Assembly: GCA_029564175.1 (NCBI GenBank) | Contig: JAKQQL010000400.1 | Span: forward strand, 1 to 24,990 | Length of the DNA: 24,990 nt | Direction: 5' to 3' | Origin: Candidatus Cloacimonadota bacterium | GTDB taxonomy: Bacteria > Cloacimonadota > Cloacimonadia > Cloacimonadales > WRIO01 | In this document: positions 18,942 through 24,990 of the stretch, in pieces | How the letters are laid out: each line of letters opens with the position of its first letter | How positions within the stretch are numbered: the first letter of the stretch is position 1 | Notes under the pieces: model-generated | What the model was told of the DNA's origin: nothing | The model's database searches: none | What the model saw: the letters and a program-made list of their open reading frames with translations, nothing else | Position numbers and translations under genes: made by a program

Positions 18942-19775
18942 TCATTCAGTTAGTTCATAAAAGTATAAATATTGAGGTTGATCTTCTGACTTTTCGCTTA
19001 AGGTAAAATATCCTTTAGAATCATTATCCCAGCAAACAGCTTCACCTTGAGGTTCTATTTCATAATCCAGCATTTTTGCTTGTCTCGAAAAGCATACATT
19101 GATATCCTCATTGTTTTTTCTGGTGTAGAGCCAGATATTCATATAATTTTTTACCAATATCATTGATCCATCTGAGTTAATGTCAGCAGCAGTTATCCAG
19201 GTGCCAGGAATCGTACAAATTTTTTCTGCAACATTCAAGCTGTCGTAATTAAATGGATACTTGATTTTATAAACACCCACTTCTGGCTCTCTTTTACTAA
19301 TGATAATAATATCCTTATTTATTGGATCAATAAAGAAGGCTTCCGCATCTCTGGCACCATCGTCATAGATGTATTTAATTGTTTGAATATTTGTTATTTT
19401 CACAACAGTTTTTTGGGGATGAAAAACAGGCTCTTCAAATTTATAAAAAGTATAATGAGGATACTGTGCTTTATTATCACCAATATCTCCAACATATAGA
19501 TAATTTTTGTTATTTTCTCTGGAAATTGCAATCTCTTCCCAATCACGGTTTTTTACATTTTCTAAGATGAGTTCACCTTTTTTAGTACCCAATGAATCAA
19601 TAATGAAAATTTTAGCCTCTCCGCCGGAATCATTATGCGTGTAAAGCAAATCAGCATTTGTACGTCCTTTGATGAGGCCTGAAGCTTCATCTGCATCGTT
19701 AAAATTAAGCAAATGCTTAGAATATAAAAGCATACATGAAAAAAGAATAGTCAATACGATTAATGATTGTTTCAT
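18942..19775 (-). CDS. secreted beta-propeller-like hypothetical protein
   Basis: Signal peptide and repeated acidic blade motifs EASGL, HNDSG, DWEEIA, YVGDIGDN, DAEAFF, ITAADI and QGEAVCW; AGGAG RBS. Confidence 0.7.
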   Translation of the reverse strand: MKQSLIVLTILFSCMLLYSKHLLNFNDADEASGLIKGRTNADLLYTHNDSGGEAKIFIIDSLGTKKGELILENVKNRDWEEIAISRENNKNYLYVGDIGDNKAQYPHYTFYKFEEPVFHPQKTVVKITNIQTIKYIYDDGARDAEAFFIDPINKDIIIISKREPEVGVYKIKYPFNYDSLNVAEKICTIPGTWITAADINSDGSMILVKNYMNIWLYTRKNNEDINVCFSRQAKMLDYEIEPQGEAVCWDNDSKGYFTLSEKSEDQPQYLYFYELTE

Positions 19776-19854
19776 TATTTTCTCCTTTAAAAGGATAAAT
19801 AAAAATAATACATCTTTTTATCAAGCTATTTTTTCAAATATGAGGAAAAATAAA

Positions 19855-19909
19855 TTGCACATATGCAAGAAAAAGCTTGACAATAAAAGAGGCTCTTGTA
19901 AAAATGCAA
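19855..19909 (+). promoter_or_regulatory. promoter with two palindromic candidate operators (TTGYA-N4-TGCAA)
   Basis: TTGCA-CATA-TGCAA (19855-19868) and TTGTA-AAAA-TGCAA (19896-19909) flank a perfect TTGACA (19877-19882). The second box overlaps the expected -10. Confidence 0.55.
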
Positions 19910-19925
19910 TTATATGGAGGTATTT

Positions 19926-20708
19926 ATGATAATGAGTTTTGGAGAAAAGCTGGTTTTAATTCGCAAAGAATTAAACATGAACTTGTCTGAAATGGCAGAC
20001 TATCTCGATTTGGTCAAATCTAATTTGTCCCGTTATGAAAGAAATATGATTGTGCCTTCGGTAGATTTTCTAAAAAAACTTACAGCCGTATTTCATGTCA
20101 ATTTAAACTGGTTAATAGGAGGTTTTGGAGAAATGTTTTTATCAGAAGAAGAGATTGGACAACTTCGTGTCGAGGAGATTCTGAGTGTCGAAGATGCAAG
20201 AAAATTATGTAGCTCAGTCAGAAGAATCGATATTCCTAAATATTTTTATACTTCAATGGGAGTACCTGTTTATATTCAGGATCCTCCTGCAGCTAATTTT
20301 GAATTATTGCCTGTTGAAGGTGAAATTTCCGCTGGAGAACCAATGGAAATCAGAAATAATGAACCATTGGATTTTGTCCCTTTTCCGTATTACCGCCCAA
20401 ACATGAATCTTGATGATTTTCTTGTTTTTCGTGTGAACGGCTTGAGTATGCATCCTGATATTGAACATCAGGATATTGTCTTTATTCAAAAAAACAGCAA
20501 TTGGGAAGAACTTAATAATCGTGTAGTTGCAGTTGTTATTGCTGGAGAACTTACTCTCAAGAAACTAAATATGATGCATGATTTACAGGAAATACATCTA
20601 ATCCCCATCAATAAAAATTTTTCTGTGATAAAAGTTCCTTTGGAAGAAATTCACCAGATGTACCTTCTTGGTGAGCTAAAAGCGATACGAAGAATCAGTA
20701 AGAATTAG
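19926..20708 (+). CDS. XRE-HTH plus peptidase S24 LexA/CI-like autocleaving repressor
   Basis: N-terminal HTH (LSEMADYLDLVKSNLSRYERN…VNLNWLIGG), Ala-Gly site (ISAGEP), catalytic Ser (VNGLSMHP) and Lys (LTLKKL). GGAGGT at 19916-19921 supports a start at 19926. Confidence 0.88.
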   Translation: MIMSFGEKLVLIRKELNMNLSEMADYLDLVKSNLSRYERNMIVPSVDFLKKLTAVFHVNLNWLIGGFGEMFLSEEEIGQLRVEEILSVEDARKLCSSVRRIDIPKYFYTSMGVPVYIQDPPAANFELLPVEGEISAGEPMEIRNNEPLDFVPFPYYRPNMNLDDFLVFRVNGLSMHPDIEHQDIVFIQKNSNWEELNNRVVAVVIAGELTLKKLNMMHDLQEIHLIPINKNFSVIKVPLEEIHQMYLLGELKAIRRISKN

Positions 20709-20725
20709 TTTTAGAATATCTTTTT

Positions 20726-20768
20726 AAAGCTATCTGTTTTTTTTAAAGTAATTACAGATAGCTTTTTT
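20726..20768. terminator. terminator between convergent repressor and AAA genes
   Basis: AAAGCTATCTGT (20726-20737) and ACAGATAGCTTT (20754-20765) form a 12-bp inverted repeat followed by a T-run. Confidence 0.65.
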
Positions 20769-20937
20769 ATCATATCTTAAAACTAATATATGATAGTTGC
20801 ATAAATTATTAAAATGATAGCGTTTTATGATGTTATAGTTAAAACGGTAATCAGTATCTACAGTGTTTAGTTTCAGTCTTTGTAGCAAACAAGTGAAAAG
20901 CACGATTAAGGGCGTTAGCCTGTGGTCTTCGTAGCGG

Positions 20938-22704
20938 TCAAATTTCCTCGCAATAAGCCAGTTCCCAGCCATGAAAGACGATGATGACTTTTTTCAGGCT
21001 AACCATTCCATAAGGTGGCAAACCCAGCATCTGGCGTTCATATTCATCTTCCGAGTATTGACCAAGTTGCTTAGTAGCTTTATCAATTTTTTGTTGCAAG
21101 GCTTTTTCAAGTTCTTTATCACTGATACTTCGAGGAATATATTTCAGCTCAATCAGATAAGCAAATTTGATATCTTTGTACTTGATGTAAAAAGGTTTCA
21201 TAATCAGGTCAGCATAGCCTTTATTCATTTCTTCTTCAGAAGCAGAAATATAGAAATCATAGATGTTTAAGAACGACAGATAAAAGGCTTTTACAAAAGT
21301 CTCTCCGTCAATAAAGTCTCTGAGTGAACTTTGCTTTTTAATCTCATTTTCTATGAACTCAAAAGCCTCTTTAAATTCACCCCTGTAAGCCATTTTTCTG
21401 ACTAAGAGCAATAATTCATACATTTGAACCGAGAAACCATAAGCATTTTCAAAAGAACGCCGGATATATTCAAAAACCATTTGTTTGATGGTTTCATTGG
21501 GGATATGCAGAAATGGCAGACCTTCAACATATTGCCCTGAAAAACTCAGCAATCCAAAAAAGTAAAGCAGTGAGATAAAATTATCCTGTTGGGTAATCTG
21601 GTCAAAAGGAAAGCTCTTCTTGATTTCAGAGGGAATTCCGCCATTGTTGATAATTTCTGTCAGGCGTTTGAAGTTGCCATTGAGGGCTTTATCCTGAATG
21701 ATGAGATACTGTAGTTTCCCGTAATCCATCCGGAGATTGTCGTCTATGAGATTATCGGGTATCTTCTTAGAACGGATGGACTTATGTACAAAATATAAGA
21801 TTGCATCAGAATTATGAACACTTTCAGTCGTTTCTGTTGAAAAGGTATAATTGTCATACCATTTTTTGATGATGGTCATGGCTTCAACTTTGTCAATATT
21901 TAGCTCTCCAACCGAGATATAGTAATCTAAAATATCACTAACCTCTTTTTCTGCAAAACCTAACAACTCATTAAAGGCAAGGTCTGTCGATATATTGTCC
22001 CCAATGTTAAAACCGCTGGTGACATCATCCATCGTTACCGGAGAGACTCCGGTAATAAAGAGTCTGGCAAGGCCAGAACCGGTACCTGATGTCAGTAGTT
22101 TCAAGTTAGTAAAAAACTGTTTAAAATAACCCGCCTGTCGGGTGATTCTTTTGTATTCACCTTCACCAAAATCAGTAAGCAAAGTATTAGTAAAATTATC
22201 ATATTCATCTATGAAAAGGTAGATTTTATAGTCTTGTTCTCTCAGTTTACTTGCGAGAATATGTAGTTTCTCATGAGCAAGTTCCTGACTGTTAACTAAT
22301 TCAATAATGTGTTTTGGGATGTAATTATGATATTTATCCATAAAAGTATCAATCTCTAAATTGCAATACCGGTTAAAATCGTATTGTACTTTATCTTTAT
22401 CTTTCAGAATAGCAGAGAAATTGAAGTATAGAGTTAGATATTTTGCTCTTTCTTCAGTTGGATTATTCAGTATCCATGTATCACGATACATATCTTCAAA
22501 TTTGTCTTTATATTTGATATCATAGTACGCCTGCAATGTGCTTAATAAGAGAGATTTACCAAAACGGCGGGGTCTGATGAGAAAAACAAACTTTGTTTTT
22601 TCAATTTCAGGTATAAACATGGTCTTATCAACATAGTATTCATTTTTACTGTTTACAGCCTCAAAGTCGCTGATTCCATAAGGTATTCTTTTTATCTTAT
22701 TCAT
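20938..22704 (-). CDS. AAA-ATPase-like domain plus C-terminal PD-(D/E)XK nuclease
   Basis: IPYGISDF, YYVDKT, RPRRFGKS Walker A, FIDEYDNF Walker B, FITGVSP…SGFNI and GYADL…IELKY nuclease motif; AGGAG RBS. Confidence 0.9.
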   Translation of the reverse strand: MNKIKRIPYGISDFEAVNSKNEYYVDKTMFIPEIEKTKFVFLIRPRRFGKSLLLSTLQAYYDIKYKDKFEDMYRDTWILNNPTEERAKYLTLYFNFSAILKDKDKVQYDFNRYCNLEIDTFMDKYHNYIPKHIIELVNSQELAHEKLHILASKLREQDYKIYLFIDEYDNFTNTLLTDFGEGEYKRITRQAGYFKQFFTNLKLLTSGTGSGLARLFITGVSPVTMDDVTSGFNIGDNISTDLAFNELLGFAEKEVSDILDYYISVGELNIDKVEAMTIIKKWYDNYTFSTETTESVHNSDAILYFVHKSIRSKKIPDNLIDDNLRMDYGKLQYLIIQDKALNGNFKRLTEIINNGGIPSEIKKSFPFDQITQQDNFISLLYFFGLLSFSGQYVEGLPFLHIPNETIKQMVFEYIRRSFENAYGFSVQMYELLLLVRKMAYRGEFKEAFEFIENEIKKQSSLRDFIDGETFVKAFYLSFLNIYDFYISASEEEMNKGYADLIMKPFYIKYKDIKFAYLIELKYIPRSISDKELEKALQQKIDKATKQLGQYSEDEYERQMLGLPPYGMVSLKKVIIVFHGWELAYCEEI

Positions 22705-22831
22705 AATCTCTCCTTATGCCATGATTACAAGTATTCAACATATTGTCAAGCAGGAATTAAGAAAGACAACAGTAACAGATACAGAATCCTGACATCTTCT
22801 TTGCTAAGAAACATAAAATATTAAAGGGTCT

Positions 22832-22864
22832 GTAGGGATTTGCGAAGCTAAGCGCCGTAAATCC
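22832..22864 (+). repeat. solitary GTAG-hairpin REP-like element
   Basis: GTAG is followed by GGATTTGCG (22836-22844), an 11-nt loop and CGTAAATCC (22856-22864; one G-T pair). It is a GC-rich island in an AT-rich spacer. Confidence 0.45.
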
Positions 22865-23009
22865 GCATTCGTACTGCATATAGGATATTTGTTGTACTTT
22901 GAGCGCTTTGAATTAGAAAGAAAAAGAATTTGAGACACGGATTACGCTGATTTTAAGGATGATATGTTTTGTACAAGCTCGAAAAAAGGCATTATCACGA
23001 AGGTTTTTT

Positions 23010-23040
23010 TAAAAACAGACTTTAACTTCATCTGTTTTTA
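23010..23040 (-). terminator. AT-rich inverted repeat downstream of HEPN (possible terminator)
   Basis: TAAAAACAGA (23010-23019) pairs with TCTGTTTTTA (23031-23040). Confidence 0.35.
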
Positions 23041-23211
23041 GTTTTAAACAAGGCATTAAAGACTAATTCAAAGCTTTCGAGATTATAGATAGACATGATA
23101 TAAAAATAAGAAACATGGTTTTTTATATCAGACTTATTGTAACTTTCTAAAGCATAGTCATATATATACTCATTTTTGTAGATTGTATATAAGAATTATC
23201 ACTTATTGTTG

Positions 23212-23607
23212 TTAATGACTTATGTTTATTAAAACAAAATTCTTAATACTTAATGCTATACTTATAGCTTCATTTGTTTCTTCAATATCAGGCATATAAT
23301 AATCGTCAGGATATCTAAGCTCTACAGCATATTTTGACAGGATTACAGCGGATTCAAATTGTTCTATATCAGGATATTTTTCAGATAATAAATCTATAAG
23401 CACTTCAATGTTATGCGTTTTAGGAAAATCAATTTCAAGAAAAATCAAAAAGCCTTTTAAATATTTTTCTACAGCTTGTTGGCAGTGAAAACATACTGTA
23501 TCAAGAGGTTTAAAATCTGAAAGGGATTTGATAATAATCTCAGCATTTTGTAAATCACTTTCTGCCTTTTTAAACCAATTTTGTACTAATTGATTTTTAT
23601 CTTTCAT
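23212..23607 (-). CDS. HEPN domain protein
   Basis: WFKKAESDL, VCFHCQQAVEKYLKGFL, PKTHNI and YAVELRYP. The ATG at 23607 overlaps the end of the MNT gene. Confidence 0.9.
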   Translation of the reverse strand: MKDKNQLVQNWFKKAESDLQNAEIIIKSLSDFKPLDTVCFHCQQAVEKYLKGFLIFLEIDFPKTHNIEVLIDLLSEKYPDIEQFESAVILSKYAVELRYPDDYYMPDIEETNEAISIALSIKNFVLINISH

Positions 23608-23917
23608 ACAATACAATGCCTGATTTAGTGATTTTTGTAATAAAAGCCGAATCTACTTCTTTCCAGTTCTCTATTTCTTCTTTGGAATAAAAAAGAAGAT
23701 CTTTCGAAAAATGATATTTTCTGAGTTTATATAATAAAGACAAACCTCTTTTCCAACGGGGTTTTTCTTTTTCTTTATCAGAAATGACTAAAATGTCTAA
23801 ATCACTTGAATCGTTAGCATTACCTATTGCATAAGAACCGAATAAAATTATTTTATCTGGCTCATAATCATGATAAATAATATTAGCAATTTCTTTAATC
23901 TCTTCATTAGTAATCAT
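23597..23917 (-). CDS. minimal nucleotidyltransferase (MNT) antitoxin-like protein
   Basis: IILFGSYAIG…SDLDILVI (GS-x10-DxD) and C-terminal GIVLYER; paired with HEPN. Confidence 0.9.
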   Translation of the reverse strand: MITNEEIKEIANIIYHDYEPDKIILFGSYAIGNANDSSDLDILVISDKEKEKPRWKRGLSLLYKLRKYHFSKDLLFYSKEEIENWKEVDSAFITKITKSGIVLYER

Positions 23918-23981
23918 AATTTTACGCTTTTCTCTTTTACTAATCTGATTATAATCATCTAAATTCCCTCTATCTTTAAAT

Positions 23982-24009
23982 AAATTAACAAATTATTGTA
24001 TGATGTCAA
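23982..24009 (-). promoter_or_regulatory. candidate sigma70 promoter for MNT-HEPN
   Basis: Minus strand TTGACA (24009-24004), 16-nt spacer ending in TGT, then TAATTT (23987-23982). Confidence 0.4.
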
Positions 24010-24067
24010 GCTTATTTTTGTGTATATCTAAAAAAATGAGACAAATAAAACTGAAAAGAGCAAACAA

Positions 24068-24137
24068 TCCCCTTTCTCACCTCCTTGATTCCTGCTTCAT
24101 TCTCCAGGAAAGGAAGCGGGAAGGAAGAGGAAAGAGG
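24068..24137. other. long imperfect pyrimidine-tract/purine-tract hairpin
   Basis: TCCCCTTTCTCACCTCCTTGATTCCTGCTTC… is followed by …GAAGCGGGAAGGAAGAGGAAAGAGG. The core TTCCTGCTTC (24089-24098) pairs with GAAGCGGGAA (24113-24122) with one G-T pair. Confidence 0.55.
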
Positions 24138-24266
24138 CAGATTAACGAGTAAAAATGAGTGACAGGATAGGACAGGTTGACTTGGAATTTTAAGCAGATT
24201 CAGATATTTTGATTTTTGTCCGGGTAATATATGTAGAGGGACATTATCAGAAAGGAGATCAGCTTC

Positions 24267-24848
24267 ATGAAAGTGTATATGACGCATTATGGATTATTTC
24301 CCAAACGGATGGATCAGTATATTATGTGCTATTATCGTTGCCAGGGAGATTATCAGGTAATCCTTAGAAGGCCGGTCAAAAGGGAAATGCAGGCTCAGAA
24401 CCAAGCTATTAAAACAAACCATAGTTGTTTGCTGCAATTATGGGCAGGAGTATCGCTTCGAATCAAACAACTTTTTGCTGTTTATGCGGATAAATACCGA
24501 AAGATCAAACTCGATCTGAGAAGAAGGGGAATCTCAGCATTTAGTATCTTTATCAGGTTGATGTACCGTTTGAGTAAACGATTTCAGATAGAGATAGGGG
24601 AGATGGATTATGATTTTCTAACCAGCTTTTTTATGCAGTATTCTACTTTTTCAGCCTTGTTTAAAGCCGGACTTCTGGAATATGTACCAGGTTTTCGAAA
24701 TAAAGCCTTTAAGTCTTTTCTGTTCTTTTCAGAAAAACCTATCAGAATAACTGATAATATAATTGAAGAAAATCAGGTAAATGTGTCCAAAAAAGGAGAG
24801 CAAACCGAGTATGTATTGAAAATAAAAAGAAAATTTCTAAGTGGATAA
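24267..24848 (+). CDS. basic hypothetical protein (193 aa), possibly nucleic-acid binding
   Basis: AAAGGAG RBS (24251-24257) lies 9 nt before the ATG. The protein is Arg/Lys and aromatic rich with no recognisable catalytic motif. Confidence 0.7.
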   Translation: MKVYMTHYGLFPKRMDQYIMCYYRCQGDYQVILRRPVKREMQAQNQAIKTNHSCLLQLWAGVSLRIKQLFAVYADKYRKIKLDLRRRGISAFSIFIRLMYRLSKRFQIEIGEMDYDFLTSFFMQYSTFSALFKAGLLEYVPGFRNKAFKSFLFFSEKPIRITDNIIEENQVNVSKKGEQTEYVLKIKRKFLSG

Positions 24849-24990
24849 TTAAGGGGGGCAGAAATAGATGAGAAATGAGCCACCACCTTAAAAAGCCTTT
24901 TTGATCGGAGTTTGACCCAATTGGACACAAAATCTAAAAAATGAGAAATTGGGGTAATTTGGGGAGAGTTGGAAGAAATAAATGAGAAAT

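Noticed and set aside
20882..20937. GC-rich patch with GTAG and GGGCGTTAGCCT after the AAA gene as another REP
   Set aside because: No convincing stem adjacent to the GTAG.
2388..21270. Numerous 60-138 aa ORFs antisense to or nested in larger genes (e.g. 5916-6332, 10531-10893, 18430-18768, 20971-21270)
   Set aside because: Shadow ORFs of well-supported genes with no recognisable motifs.
24012..24287. 91-aa minus-strand ORF, and similarly 20730-20972 and 24742-24930
   Set aside because: They cross hairpins and promoter-like DNA, overlap real genes and have atypical composition.
19926..24848. Prophage anchored on the CI-like repressor
   Set aside because: No integrase, cro, replication, terminase or structural genes nearby.

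Overview
AT-rich bacterial chromosomal window from a diderm (BamA, TonB/ExbBD, MurJ). The gene set and protein styles suggest Candidatus Cloacimonadota or a related lineage, but this is inference only. The left edge has two tiny phage-like ORFs. Positions 589-13407 hold one tightly coupled + strand operon: exbB-exbD-tonB-folP (with N-terminal extension)-cdaA-coaE-bamA-batD-batE-murJ-uvrC. Four minus-strand genes follow: mgtE, a secreted tricorn-type S41 protease, a P-loop NTPase and a secreted propeller-like protein. Next come a divergent LexA/CI-like XRE-S24 repressor with two candidate operators, and an accessory stretch with an AAA-ATPase/PD-(D/E)XK nuclease, an MNT-HEPN pair and a basic orphan gene flanked by structured non-coding DNA. 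The most striking sequence-level signal is an in-frame insertion of about 55-60 aa in the UvrC RNase H-like domain. It is built from three covarying GTA(G)-hairpin REP-like units spaced 48 and 51 nt apart. No rRNA, tRNA, CRISPR array, transposase or reverse transcriptase was recognised.
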